Source: Spirochaetota bacterium (GTDB lineage Bacteria > Spirochaetota > UBA4802 > UBA5550). Taken from it: DNA of 58,132 nt. Below the pieces are notes generated by a model. It saw only the letters and a list, made by a program, of their open reading frames with translations, was not told the DNA's origin and did no database searches. Shown in pieces: positions 1 through 9,914 of this stretch (position 1 is the first letter of the stretch; each line of letters starts with the position of its first letter). The position numbers and the translations under genes were made by a program. Where the stretch lies: assembly GCA_022709405.1 (NCBI GenBank), contig JAKLIV010000005.1:1-58132 (forward strand), read 5' to 3'.

Positions 1-2164
1 GCGCGATCGCATGATGGATGGTCTTCCTGCGTGATTCATCGACCGTTGAATAAAGCGCCTCCCGAATCCGGTCGTGTGAGAACATCAGCATCCTCTCCCC
101 GAAAACGTCCTGCTCGAGGACCTGCAGGCCGATCGCCCGGTCGATGGTCGCTATGATTCTTTTTTCCCACAGGGAGATGATCTGGGTCCCGCCGGCCGGG
201 TCAGCCGGTGATTCTTCTGCGTCGAGCTCTGACCGGATTTCGAAGAGATACTGCATATCAATCTTTCGTCCGAAGACAGAAGCCAGAGAGAGGATGTATT
301 TCTCTTCCTCGCTGAAGAGAGACATCCTCTTAATGATGATGTCGATCAGCCTTGAAGGGATGCCGGTTTTTTCGGCAAGGGCCCGGTCGAAAAACCACCT
401 GTTGTCCTCATAATAGAGGCTCTTTTCATCGATCATCTGCCGGATGATCTCGATCGTCATCATCGGGTTCCCGGCGCTTTTTCTGTAGATGAATGTCGTG
501 ATGTCTCCGATCAGATCTTCGTTATCGTAGCGGTACATGATGCCGGTGACCATTTCCCTGGTCCCAGCCTCGTTTAGAGGCTCGCACGAAATCTCCTCGA
601 TGGAGCGAAGCTCTTCCTTCGAACTCAAGATCAGGCGGGAGAGACTGTGGTCCGGGCCCACCTCGTCACTCCGGTAGGTGCATATAAGGAGAAGAGGAGC
701 TTCGCTGACAACCGCAGCCATGTCTCTCAGCAGCAACACGCTGCCTTCATCCGCCCACTGGAGATCATCGACCTGGATAACAACCTTCCTTTCCATTTTG
801 ACCAGCAGCATGACGAATCTGACAAAGGTCGCGAGGAAACGCCGGGTCTCCCTGTCGTCATCGAGCGGCACGATCGCCGGGCACTCCCCGAACAGCTCCT
901 TCATGAGCGGGTTGAATTGCGTGATTATGCCGCCGAGTTCGCCAAGTTCACCGGTCAGCATCGAAATGATATTCCTGCGCTCAGATTCAGACCTTTTCCT
1001 GAAAATCATCAGGTAGGTGTTCAGCAGATCGCTGACTACGCTGTACGGCGCGCCGGTCATGGCAGGGTAGCATTTGGCCGAAAGATACAGTCCCTGGCCG
1101 GTATTAACCGCTTCGCGCAGCTCCTCGCCGAGCCTGGTCTTGCCGGACCCGGCGACCCCCGAGATCAGGCATATGCTTCCGCCGCCTTTCGCGGCGCGGT
1201 TGTACAGGCCGTAAAGCTTTTCCATTTCGGCCCGGCGCGCCGCAAGACGGGGACGGTAATAGAGGCGCAGCACCTTCTCGTTTTCTCCGGGAGCGTAATC
1301 CCTGTAGCCCAGCATATACAGGTCAAGGTCCCTTACTATGGCGGCGGCGCTCTGATACCTCTTTTCGGGATCCTTTTCCATCATTTTAAAAACGATTTTT
1401 TCCAGGACTTCCGGCGTCCCCGGGGCTGCACGGTGAAAGGATTCCGGCCTGCTTGCGATGTGCATGTGAAGAAGCGAATTTATACTTTCGCCCTTGAAAG
1501 GCAGCTCTCCGGAGATAAGCTGATAGAAGAGGACGCCCAGGGAATACAGGTCGCTCCTTTCATCGATGTTTCTTTTAATGAGGCCGCTCTGTTCAGGGGA
1601 AATATATGCGAAGGTTCCGGTTATCGCCTCAAGCTCCCCGATGTTCCCGTACTCCATTATAAATGAGAGCCCGAAGTCGATGAGTTTGAGCTTTTCAAAT
1701 CGGCCCGAGCCCTCTCTACGGGGGATAAGGATATTGCTCGGCTTGAGATCCCTGTGGATTATGCCCCGGGAATGAATATAGTCAAGCGCCACGCATATCT
1801 GCCTGACGATGAGGACCGCCTCCTCGGTGCTGAAGGCGACGATCGTTTTCATATAATCATCAAGCGAAACGCCTTCGACATATTCCATTATGAAGTAATG
1901 GTTGCCCTGGAACCTTCCGAAATCAAAAATCCTGATTATATTCTGGTGATCGAGATGGGCCGCAACGGCTATTTCCGAATTGAACCTTATGATGTTTTCG
2001 GTCCGGGAGCTTATACTGTTTTCTTTCAGTATCTTGACCGCATATTTATTGTTTTCACTCTGCAGGTCCCTGGCGAGATAAACGACGCTGAACGACCCTT
2101 CCCCGATTTTTTGTTCAATTATATATTTTCCGGATATCTTCTGATTTATCAAATTAATACTCAT
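1..2164 (-). CDS. Ser/Thr protein kinase fused to an AAA/STAND-type (AAA_16-like) ATPase; the C-terminus runs off the left window edge
   Basis: Absent from the ORF track because it is open at the window edge. My own reverse-strand translation from the ATG at 2164-2162 gives MSINLINQKISGKYIIEQKIGEGSFSVVYLA. Kinase motifs HRDLKPSNIL, DFGLS and GTFAYISPEQ follow, then P-loop GVAGSGKT and Walker-B-like VVIQVDDLQWAD. The + strand ORFs 647-1666, 678-1016 and 1754-2236 are antisense shadows. Confidence 0.85.
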   Translation of the reverse strand, partial: MSINLINQKISGKYIIEQKIGEGSFSVVYLARDLQSENNKYAVKILKENSISSRTENIIRFNSEIAVAAHLDHQNIIRIFDFGRFQGNHYFIMEYVEGVSLDDYMKTIVAFSTEEAVLIVRQICVALDYIHSRGIIHRDLKPSNILIPRREGSGRFEKLKLIDFGLSFIMEYGNIGELEAITGTFAYISPEQSGLIKRNIDERSDLYSLGVLFYQLISGELPFKGESINSLLHMHIASRPESFHRAAPGTPEVLEKIVFKMMEKDPEKRYQSAAAIVRDLDLYMLGYRDYAPGENEKVLRLYYRPRLAARRAEMEKLYGLYNRAAKGGGSICLISGVAGSGKTRLGEELREAVNTGQGLYLSAKCYPAMTGAPYSVVSDLLNTYLMIFRKRSESERRNIISMLTGELGELGGIITQFNPLMKELFGECPAIVPLDDDRETRRFLATFVRFVMLLVKMERKVVIQVDDLQWADEGSVLLLRDMAAVVSEAPLLLICTYRSDEVGPDHSLSRLILSSKEELRSIEEISCEPLNEAGTREMVTGIMYRYDNEDLIGDITTFIYRKSAGNPMMTIEIIRQMIDEKSLYYEDNRWFFDRALAEKTGIPSRLIDIIIKRMSLFSEEEKYILSLASVFGRKIDMQYLFEIRSELDAEESPADPAGGTQIISLWEKRIIATIDRAIGLQVLEQDVFGERMLMFSHDRIREALYSTVDESRRKTIHHAIA

Positions 2165-2412
2165 ATTGAAAAAACCGGGAACATCGACCGATATCAGCAC
2201 CCGTTCCCGGGACGGTCTTGTTATAATATCGGGTAAATTTCAGCCGTTAAAGACAAGATATAGAGATTTTCTGCGAGGCAATAAACACGCCCACAGATTA
2301 ATAATACCGTTTTGACTTAAAAAAATGATACTATTATTTTAGTTGACGCAATAAATTATATATAAAATTAATAGCTTCGGTTTAGAATCAGGGGCCCCGG
2401 AGGGTAAACACG

Positions 2413-2589
2413 ATGATTGACACCAAATTACTGGAAGTCCTGGCCTGTCCGGCATGCAGAGGGGACGTCGAATACGACATGAGAAACGAAAAAATCGTCT
2501 GCACAGGATGCGGCAGGAGATATCCCGTAAAAGACGGAATCCCGGTCATGCTCATCGATGAAGCTGAAATGCCCGAAAAATCGGGCTGA
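2413..2589 (+). CDS. Trm112/YcaR-family small zinc-ribbon protein (58 aa)
   Basis: Below the ORF-track size cutoff, so read directly: MIDTKLLEVLACPACRGDVEYDMRNEKIVCTGCGRRYPVKDGIPVMLIDEAEMPEKSG. It has two CxxC pairs and the DGIPVML family signature. A GGAGGG Shine-Dalgarno sits at 2399-2404. The - strand ORF 2388-2675 is an antisense shadow. Confidence 0.8.
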   Translation: MIDTKLLEVLACPACRGDVEYDMRNEKIVCTGCGRRYPVKDGIPVMLIDEAEMPEKSG

Positions 2590-2661
2590 AAAAATTCCCT
2601 TTTTCGCGCATTTCCGGCATCCTGGCCGCGCAATTTTGATAATTCATACAGAGGAAAGACA

Positions 2662-3798
2662 ATGTTCGACAGCAAATCTCCGGTAATGAAGGCAGTTGGC
2701 TATACCATCATTGGGTTTTTCGCGCTCATAATCATCATATCCTTCGGCATGCCCGACTTCATGTCCCGTATCGGAATGGACAATTCGATCATAGCCCTGG
2801 TTAACGGCCAGAAGGTTCACCGCCTGGACTACCTGAGGTACCGCGACAACCGTTTCGGCCACATCAAGAACGAGAACATGGAAGACCTCATCCTGAATTA
2901 CTACCTCGGCGACATCATGGTGCTGCAGGAGGCCGCAAAAGCCGGTTTGAGCGTGAGCGACGACAGGATCGCCGACATGATCAGAAACGATATACAGGCC
3001 TTCAAGGATCCTGAAACCGGAAAATTCGATCCTGACAGATACCAGCGCATCAGGGAAGTCAACCATCTGAACAACAAGGGCTTCTATGAAATGCTCAGGA
3101 AAGACATCCTCAAAGACGATTACATCTCCCTCATCAGAACCGGTATAGCGGTTTCGGCAGATGACGTCAGCACAGAATACATCGCCGACAATTCGTCGAT
3201 ACGGATACAGTACGCGTACGTATCGGACATCGACCTGAAGAAAAGATGGAAAAACGAGCTTGCGGTCACCGAAGACGAGATCAACGCCGAAATGGCGAAA
3301 AACAAGAAAGAGATAAAAGACCCCAAATCCGACCGCCCGCGGATCAGCAAAAAAATCGAAAACGACAAATTCAACCGCCTCAAGAAGGGGCTTGTCGATT
3401 CATTGAACGCCATCGCCCTGAAAAAAGGCGGCTTCACCGAAGCGGCGGCGATGCTCGGCGGCGCTCCGGTTCTTTCCGATGTGTTCAAACCCGGCGGTGA
3501 AGTGAATGAAAAAGGAAGCAAAGACAGAAACCTGTCCGCGATCGCAGCTTCTTCGATATTCATCGAGGAATGCGCCTCGATCGAAAAGGGAAAGGCATCC
3601 AGGGCCATCGAGTCATCGGCGGGATTATACGTCTTTTCTCCGGTGAGGTTCGATACCCCGAAGACCGCACCGTCCCCCGAGGAAAAACAGAAAATCCAGG
3701 AAAGGATTTCGGGCGAGACATACAACATGGTCACTTCCAATCTCATGAAGGACCTTCATGAAAAATCCAAAATAGTAAAAAATCTAAAAACTGATTGA
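2662..3798 (+). CDS. SurA-N/PpiD-like periplasmic chaperone, membrane anchored, with no obvious PPIase domain
   Basis: N-terminal TM helix AVGYTIIGFFALIIIISFG, followed by the PpiD/SurA_N-like pattern IALVNGQKV...DYLRY...VLQEAAKAGLSVSDDRIADMI. Shine-Dalgarno GAGGAAAG lies upstream. Confidence 0.7.
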   Translation: MFDSKSPVMKAVGYTIIGFFALIIIISFGMPDFMSRIGMDNSIIALVNGQKVHRLDYLRYRDNRFGHIKNENMEDLILNYYLGDIMVLQEAAKAGLSVSDDRIADMIRNDIQAFKDPETGKFDPDRYQRIREVNHLNNKGFYEMLRKDILKDDYISLIRTGIAVSADDVSTEYIADNSSIRIQYAYVSDIDLKKRWKNELAVTEDEINAEMAKNKKEIKDPKSDRPRISKKIENDKFNRLKKGLVDSLNAIALKKGGFTEAAAMLGGAPVLSDVFKPGGEVNEKGSKDRNLSAIAASSIFIEECASIEKGKASRAIESSAGLYVFSPVRFDTPKTAPSPEEKQKIQERISGETYNMVTSNLMKDLHEKSKIVKNLKTD

Positions 3799-3918
3799 TA
3801 ATTATTGCGATTTATTATAGAGTAATCACGGGTCAGGCGGTTCGATCGAAATCGAAAAAGACCCCGCCCCGGTTGTATAACCGATACACGAATATACCAT
3901 AAAGGCTGGTCGTGCGTA

Positions 3919-4383
3919 ATGAACATCAATGCAGAATTCGTCAATCCATTCCTCGAGGCCGCGAGCGCGGTATTCAAATCGATCCTCAATGTCGACCTCA
4001 GAAGAGGCAAGCTCATCATTAAAGAGAGCCCGATCCCTTCGATGGACGTCTCGATAATAATCGGCATTACCGGGGCGGTGACCGGCGAGGTGGTCTACAG
4101 CCTCGGATTCAACATGGTGACGAAAATCGCCGAAATCCTGGCGCCGGGACTTTCGCCCGAACAGATCAAAGGCGAATACAAGGACATTATCGGCGAGCTT
4201 GCGAACATGATAACCGGAAACGCGATGAACCTCTTCGCGACGAAGGGCAAGACGATCGAGATCACGACCCCGACCGTGGTCGAGGGCAAGGACTTCACCA
4301 TCACGATGATCAAACAGACCACGCTCGGAATCAATCTCTACAGCCCTATGGGGCAGCTCGAGATGAACATCGCGCTTAAATAA
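3919..4383 (+). CDS. cheX: Chemotaxis CheY-P phosphatase CheX (CheC/CheX/FliY family)
   Basis: 154 aa. MNINAEFVNPFLEAASAVFKSIL...IIGITGAVTGEVVYSL...IGELANMITGNA is the typical CheX pattern (ELxNxxxGN). Confidence 0.85.
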   Translation: MNINAEFVNPFLEAASAVFKSILNVDLRRGKLIIKESPIPSMDVSIIIGITGAVTGEVVYSLGFNMVTKIAEILAPGLSPEQIKGEYKDIIGELANMITGNAMNLFATKGKTIEITTPTVVEGKDFTITMIKQTTLGINLYSPMGQLEMNIALK

Positions 4384-4409
4384 CATCCGTGGCGGGCCGC
4401 AGGCGCAGG

Positions 4410-5048
4410 TCAGGCGAATTCGGATCTGGCGGTCACTGAATCCTCGTCGACGATGAAATCCCCGAAAACCGAAGGCGCTTCCTTTTGCATTATCTTCAGC
4501 ATTTTCATGCACACGCGCCTGATTTCCCACTGCGCAGCCCGGTCAAGCCTGAGCGAGAACACAGTACGCAGCTCCCTGAAGTTCGCCGAAAAGACGATCT
4601 CGCTTTCAAGCGCGTTGGGCAGCACGAAACGCGCATCCTCCTTCTTCATCCCCGCCTTCCGGAGGTCGTTGTAGGCCTTTTCCGCCTGCTTCATGCATTC
4701 CCTGAAAATCGCCGAGGACGCCGGGTCTTTCTCGATATCGGGCGGGATGATATAGTTGAACCCGGTCTCGTCGACATACCGCTGGGACTGCTGGGAATAG
4801 CTCGCGATGCGGTGGCGCACCAGCTGATGGGTGAAGGAGCGGGACGCGCCCCTGATGCGGAAGCTCGCCGATGCGTGCTCCAGGATCGACAGGTGGCCGT
4901 TCTTGATGCTCTTGCGGATGAAGTTCTTTTCGCTGTCGTCGGTGATCCTGTCGAGCGAGAGATAGCAGGTGCGACCGGCCTCCTCGATGAGCTTTTCGGC
5001 CCTGGGAGTCGCCGCAAGGAGGGTTACGTCGGGTTTCGTTATTTCCAT
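4410..5048 (-). CDS. thyX: FAD-dependent thymidylate synthase ThyX
   Basis: ThyX signature RHRIASYSQQSQRY (RHRxxSxxxxSxR), plus HLSILEHASASF. The start lies 18 nt downstream of the rnfA stop. Confidence 0.95.
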   Translation of the reverse strand: MEITKPDVTLLAATPRAEKLIEEAGRTCYLSLDRITDDSEKNFIRKSIKNGHLSILEHASASFRIRGASRSFTHQLVRHRIASYSQQSQRYVDETGFNYIIPPDIEKDPASSAIFRECMKQAEKAYNDLRKAGMKKEDARFVLPNALESEIVFSANFRELRTVFSLRLDRAAQWEIRRVCMKMLKIMQKEAPSVFGDFIVDEDSVTARSEFA

Positions 5049-5066
5049 CGCTCTATCAGGATACGG

Positions 5067-5666
5067 TCAGATTTTCATTCCGGAAAACCCGAGAAAAGCA
5101 AGGGCCATGATCCCTGCTATGATGAACGTTATCGGGAGTCCCTTGAGGTTCTCGGGAATTTCGGCGAGCTCGAGGCGCTCCCTGATGCCGGCCATGAGGA
5201 GCAGCGCGAGGGTGAATCCGACGCCGCCGCCGAACCCCTGGATGACCGACTTGAGCAGGCCCATTTCCGCGTCGATGAACCCCGAATTGATGTTCAACAC
5301 CGCCACGCCGAGGACCGCGCAGTTTGTCGTGATGAGGGGAAGGAATATTCCGAGCGCCTGGTAGAGGCCCGGCGAGGTCTTCTCGATGATCATCTCGACC
5401 AGCTGGACCAGCGCGGCGATGACAAGGATGAAAAAAATCGTGCGGAGATAGGTAATATCATAGGGAACCAGTATGTACTTGTATACGAGGTACGTTATGA
5501 ACGAGGCCAGCGTCATGACGAATATGACGGCAAGCCCCATGCCGAGGGCCGAATCGAGTTTTTTGGATACGCCGAGGAACGGGCAGAGGCCGAGGATCTG
5601 GTACAGCACGTAGTTGTTGATGAATATCGTGCTTATGAGAATGGTAAAGAGCACCTTTATTTCCAT
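5067..5666 (-). CDS. rnfA: Rnf electron-transport complex subunit A
   Basis: 199-aa polytopic membrane protein. NNYVLYQILGLCPFLGVS and LGIFLPLITTNCAVLG are characteristic of RnfA/NqrE. Confidence 0.93.
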   Translation of the reverse strand: MEIKVLFTILISTIFINNYVLYQILGLCPFLGVSKKLDSALGMGLAVIFVMTLASFITYLVYKYILVPYDITYLRTIFFILVIAALVQLVEMIIEKTSPGLYQALGIFLPLITTNCAVLGVAVLNINSGFIDAEMGLLKSVIQGFGGGVGFTLALLLMAGIRERLELAEIPENLKGLPITFIIAGIMALAFLGFSGMKI

Positions 5667-5680
5667 GGAGTCCCCCGGTC

Positions 5681-6277
5681 CTATTCCTTTTTGCGGGAAT
5701 TGATGTAGTTCATTCCGCAGAGCATGAAAGCAAGCGTAAAGAAGGCGCCCGGGGCGATGATCATGGCGGATGAAGGCTCCATTCCCGGGATGAGCGTCAG
5801 CCCGAACAGCTTGTTGGCGCCGAGAATCTCCCTGATCATGGCCAGGACCGTCAGCGTGAGGCCGAAACCGAGTCCCATGCCGATTCCATCGAGCGCGGAG
5901 AATATTATACCGTTCTTGTTAGCGAATTCTTCGGCCCTTCCCAGGATGATGCAGTTCACCACGATCAGAGGGATGAATATCCCGAGCGCCTGATACACTG
6001 CCGGCTGGAAGGCGTTGAGCGTCAGCTCGACGATGGTCACGAAGGCCGCGATGATGGTAATGAATATGGGGATACGTATATGCCCGGGCACGATACTCTT
6101 GACCATCGAAACCAGTATATTGGAACAGACAAGCACGATCGTGGCCGCGAGCGTCATCCACAGCGCGTTCGAGATAGAGGTCGAAACCGCGAGCGTGGGG
6201 CACATGCCGATGCCGATGATGAGGATGGGGTTCTTCTTCCAGATACCCTTGGTCAGCTCTTCCCAGTACTGTTTCAT
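5681..6277 (-). CDS. rnfE: Rnf electron-transport complex subunit E
   Basis: KNPILIIGIGMCPTLAVST and LGIFIPLIVVNCIILGRAEEFA are RnfE/NqrD-like. The start overlaps the rnfG stop by 4 nt. Confidence 0.93.
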   Translation of the reverse strand: MKQYWEELTKGIWKKNPILIIGIGMCPTLAVSTSISNALWMTLAATIVLVCSNILVSMVKSIVPGHIRIPIFITIIAAFVTIVELTLNAFQPAVYQALGIFIPLIVVNCIILGRAEEFANKNGIIFSALDGIGMGLGFGLTLTVLAMIREILGANKLFGLTLIPGMEPSSAMIIAPGAFFTLAFMLCGMNYINSRKKE

Positions 6278-6984
6278 CGGGCACCTCCCGTAATGCTTTG
6301 CGCGCCAGCCGGAGCGGCCTGCGACGCGGCCTCCAGGGCTTTTGCCAGGGAATCCATCCCTTTTTCAACGCCCTTGATCGTTGCGCGCGAGGTTATGGTC
6401 GCGCCGGTTATGGCGGTTATCGCGTTCCGGGACAGGAGCTCGTCTTTGATAGAAGGGTCCCAGTCGCCTTTTTTGATTATAGTAATTTTATTTTTCCCGT
6501 TGAGCCCGGTGAACTGCTGCTGAAACCAGGGCGACATTTCCCCTTCTTCCTTCGCGTTTCCGGTTATGGTCTGCCAGAAGGTGTTTTTGCTCGCCACCTC
6601 GACCGAGCGGGCCCCGAGACCAGGGGTTTCGCCCTGCTGCAAAATCGACAGCCCCAGGATGGTCCCGGCCTCGTCCACGCCGACCATGGAAACGACGTCG
6701 CCGCTGTAACCGGTGCTCGACGTGATGAACGCATATGCTTTTTTTACCGCACCGGATTCATCCTTGTGCGCGGGCCAGTAAGAAAAATCGCCGCCGTCGA
6801 CCTTCACCGTCACCTTATCGCCGACTGCATAACCGGGAAGCACCATTGCAAGGGCGCGCTCCTGCTTCTCTTTTTCCTGTTTGAGGATGTTTGGATAGGT
6901 GATCTTTTTGATGTGGGACAACGCCATGGATGCGACCAGGGCGATCAGTCCCAGAACGAGTGTGGGTTTTACGATGTTGTTCAT
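6274..6984 (-). CDS. rnfG: Rnf electron-transport complex subunit G (FMN-binding)
   Basis: N-terminal anchor, then an FMN_bind domain with the covalent-flavinylation motif ITGATITSRAT. Confidence 0.9.
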   Translation of the reverse strand: MNNIVKPTLVLGLIALVASMALSHIKKITYPNILKQEKEKQERALAMVLPGYAVGDKVTVKVDGGDFSYWPAHKDESGAVKKAYAFITSSTGYSGDVVSMVGVDEAGTILGLSILQQGETPGLGARSVEVASKNTFWQTITGNAKEEGEMSPWFQQQFTGLNGKNKITIIKKGDWDPSIKDELLSRNAITAITGATITSRATIKGVEKGMDSLAKALEAASQAAPAGAQSITGGAR

Positions 6985-7012
6985 GAATCACTCCATCCGG
7001 TCCGGGAAAAAT

Positions 7013-8083
7013 TTATTTCACGCCAAACACCCGAGGTTTGGTGAACCTGTCTATGAGGGGCGTGGCCGCGTTCATGAGAAGGATCGAATACGATACTCCT
7101 TCCGGATAGCCGCCCCATATGCGTATGATAAACGTAATGGCTCCGCATCCGACGCCGAAGATTACCATCCCGGCGGCCGAAACCGGCGAAGTAACCATGT
7201 CGGTGGCCATGAAAAAGGCGCCGAGCATCAGACCGCCCGACAGCAGGTGAAACAGGACAGCCATCCACGGGCATGATAGGCCTGCGGCGGAGTAGTACGC
7301 GAAAGCGAGAATCCCCACTGTTCCGATGAAGGACACCGGGATGTGCCACGTTATTATGCGACGCGCAAGAAGAAAAATCCCCCCGATGAGCAGAAACAGG
7401 GCCGAGGTCTCGCCGATCACCCCGCCGATATTGCCGATGAACAGCGATTTGATCATCGATGACGAGAACAGAAAGTCATGGAGCTGCCCGATTCCGATAT
7501 TCATCTCCTGGAGGATTTTGGGCCCTTCCTTGAGCGCGCCGAGGGGCGTGGCCTGGGTTATGGCGTCAAAGGCCTGCTGCGGAAGACCGGCCGCGTTCTG
7601 GACTCCCCCGGCGAGAACATTCGATCCGGAAAACGGGACCCATCCGGTCGTCATATACACGGGCCATGAAGCCATCATGAATGCGCGCGCTCCCAGAGCC
7701 GGGTTGAAGATATTGAATCCCAACCCCCCGAAAACCTGCTTGACGATGATTATACCGAAAAACGAGCCGATCACAACCATCCAGGCCGGGGCGGTCGGGG
7801 GAACGTTCATTCCGATGAGAAGCCCGGTGATCACTGCCGACCCGTCGATCACGCTTATTTTCTTTTTCAGCAGGGCCTGATAGAGCGCCTCTGCCGCGAC
7901 AGCAGAAATTATGGAGGCCGCGATCAGAACCAGGGCGTGCAGCCCGAACGTGTAAACGCCGAAAGCGGCCGCCGGAACGAGAGAGGCCACCACAAGCCAC
8001 ATGATTTTTTGGACCGAATCGCCGGTCTTGATATGCGGCGCATTTGACAGGATCAGACCCTGGGTTTCTTTAATGTCAGTCAT
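7013..8083 (-). CDS. rnfD: Rnf electron-transport complex subunit D
   Basis: Polytopic protein. GGLGFNIFNPALGARAF and the flavinylation motif FMATDMVTSP match RnfD/NqrB. Confidence 0.93.
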   Translation of the reverse strand: MTDIKETQGLILSNAPHIKTGDSVQKIMWLVVASLVPAAAFGVYTFGLHALVLIAASIISAVAAEALYQALLKKKISVIDGSAVITGLLIGMNVPPTAPAWMVVIGSFFGIIIVKQVFGGLGFNIFNPALGARAFMMASWPVYMTTGWVPFSGSNVLAGGVQNAAGLPQQAFDAITQATPLGALKEGPKILQEMNIGIGQLHDFLFSSSMIKSLFIGNIGGVIGETSALFLLIGGIFLLARRIITWHIPVSFIGTVGILAFAYYSAAGLSCPWMAVLFHLLSGGLMLGAFFMATDMVTSPVSAAGMVIFGVGCGAITFIIRIWGGYPEGVSYSILLMNAATPLIDRFTKPRVFGVK

Positions 8084-8096
8084 ACGGGGCCACCGG

Positions 8097-9422
8097 TTAT
8101 TTTTTTTGTTTTCTGACCCAGGCCTGGGCGAGCTTGATGAAATGGCTCAGAGGCCGGTTTGACGGGCAGCTGTATGAGCATGACCCGCACATTATACAGT
8201 CAAGCGGACGAAGCTCCTCGACCAGGTCGTACCTGTTCTTTTCAACCGCGTTCCCGAGATCGCAGGGCACGAGGTTTATGGGACAGGCGGCGACGCATCT
8301 CCCGCATCGGATGCACTGTGAGAAATCGCCCGTCTTGACCTCGTCTTTGGAAAGGAACAGAATGCCCGACGTTCCCTTTACCACAGGTATGTCGAGCGAA
8401 TGAATGGAGAGGCCGCACATGGGGCCGCCGATCACAATTTTGGCAGGCTCGCCTTTCAGGCCGCCGCACTCCTCGACGATGTCGGATATCCTGGTTCCCA
8501 GGCGGACTTTGTAATTGCCCGGCTTGTTGATCATCTTGCCGGAAACGGTGATGTAGCGCTCGAACAGCGGCTTCGAAAAAACCACCGCTTCCCTTGCCGC
8601 AAAAATGGTGCCCACGTTCTGCACGACCACGCCCACTTCCATGGGAAGGCCGCCTGACGGGACCTGTTTCCCGGTAAGGCTGTATATCAGCTGTTTCTCC
8701 GCACCCTGCGGATATTTGGTGCGAAGGGCCTTGACTGCGATATCTTCTTTGATGCTCATCGAGGCCAGGGTTTTCTTCAAAGCCTGGACCGCCTTTTTTT
8801 TGTTGTTCTCGATACCGATAATAGCGCGGGTCACACCGAGGACTTTCATCAGCATTCTCGTGCCGTCGATTATTTCTTTGGGGAAAGTCTGCATGAGCAT
8901 GTCATCGACAGTGAGATACGGCTCGCACTCGGACCCGTTCACGATCAGGATGTCTATCTTTTTGTCTTTCGGGGGCGAAAGCTTGACCGCAGCAGGGAAC
9001 GCGGCCCCGCCGAGACCGACGATTCCGGCCTCGCGTATCCTTCTGAGTATTTCCTCCGGAGCAAGCTTTTCCCAGTCATCTGTCTGCCTCGGCTGGGCCG
9101 ATGACGAAAATGCGCCTTCGGCCTCGATGACCACCGCCATCTGCCTGTTATTCACCGTGTTGATCTCTTTAATTTCAACGACCTTGCCCGGCACAGGGGA
9201 ATGAACATTGGCGCTGACGAACCCGCCGGCTTCAGCGATGAGCTGGCCCTCGGTCACGGTCTGACCGACCTCGACCACCGGCTTGGCCGGGGCGCCGAGA
9301 TGCTGGCTCAGCGGGATGTAACACATCTGCGGGACAGGCAGGTTGGTGAAAGCTTTATCTTCGGCGACATGCTTATTTTCAGGGGGGTGGATACCGCCTT
9401 TGAACCCGGAAAACATGATCAT
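8097..9422 (-). CDS. rnfC: Rnf electron-transport complex subunit C (NADH-binding, 2x[4Fe-4S])
   Basis: GLGGAAFPAAVKL, plus two ferredoxin motifs CIRCGRCVAACP and CIMCGSCSYSCP. Confidence 0.93.
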   Translation of the reverse strand: MIMFSGFKGGIHPPENKHVAEDKAFTNLPVPQMCYIPLSQHLGAPAKPVVEVGQTVTEGQLIAEAGGFVSANVHSPVPGKVVEIKEINTVNNRQMAVVIEAEGAFSSSAQPRQTDDWEKLAPEEILRRIREAGIVGLGGAAFPAAVKLSPPKDKKIDILIVNGSECEPYLTVDDMLMQTFPKEIIDGTRMLMKVLGVTRAIIGIENNKKKAVQALKKTLASMSIKEDIAVKALRTKYPQGAEKQLIYSLTGKQVPSGGLPMEVGVVVQNVGTIFAAREAVVFSKPLFERYITVSGKMINKPGNYKVRLGTRISDIVEECGGLKGEPAKIVIGGPMCGLSIHSLDIPVVKGTSGILFLSKDEVKTGDFSQCIRCGRCVAACPINLVPCDLGNAVEKNRYDLVEELRPLDCIMCGSCSYSCPSNRPLSHFIKLAQAWVRKQKK

Positions 9423-9700
9423 ACATCCTTGGTTGAATAAATTTCATCCTTGATGGGGAGTTCTTTTCTGAGATTTTTTATGTAGGGAAAAAGCTCGCCG
9501 GATTCGATATAGTATTCACAGTCATCCATGATTCGGCGCGCGACGGTGAAATACTTGTAAAGTTTTTCCTCTCCCGATCTTTTGACCCACTTCTTCTTCA
9601 GGCATTTGACTCTCAGAACATACCTGTCCGGCTCGGATTCATACTGGCGTATGACAATACAGCTCTGGCAGTTAGCGCAGAATATTTTTTCTTTCGACAT
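9419..9700 (-). CDS. Small Cys-rich hypothetical protein, translationally coupled to rnfC
   Basis: 93 aa. Strong Shine-Dalgarno (AAGGAG, 7 nt before the ATG). The stop overlaps the rnfC start (ATGA, 9419-9422). Contains CANCQSC plus two further Cys. No family recognised, and it is not RnfB-like (no N-terminal TM helix, no CxxCxxCxxxCP). Confidence 0.65.
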   Translation of the reverse strand: MSKEKIFCANCQSCIVIRQYESEPDRYVLRVKCLKKKWVKRSGEEKLYKYFTVARRIMDDCEYYIESGELFPYIKNLRKELPIKDEIYSTKDV

Positions 9701-9914
9701 CGAAGATCTCCTTACTTAGTGGGATAAATCGCGTTGAAACAGGAAAATAAAGTCAAGACAAATTTTAACGAACCATCTATTCATGAAAGCTGGCCCAGTC
9801 AACAAGAAAATTAATGTTTTTTTTGCTAAATTTCATGCACTCCCACCAGCCGGATATTTTTATTGACAATTTCCATTGAATTAATCATCCTATAAATAAG
9901 GACATTCAAGAAGA

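Noticed and set aside
4485-5708. A 407-aa + strand ORF, with similar long ORFs at 3826-4530 (-), 6298-7044 (+), 10735-11619 (+), 27610-28302 (-), 32203-33036 (+), 42070-42792 (+) and 56104-56889 (+).
   Set aside because: All lie antisense to, or out of frame with, genes that have clear family motifs (rnfA/thyX, cheX, rnfG, pfp, the 27613-28494 secreted protein, amidase, PAS kinase, ddl). Their translations are Arg/Gly/Asp/His-rich low-complexity strings with no motifs. These are typical shadow ORFs.
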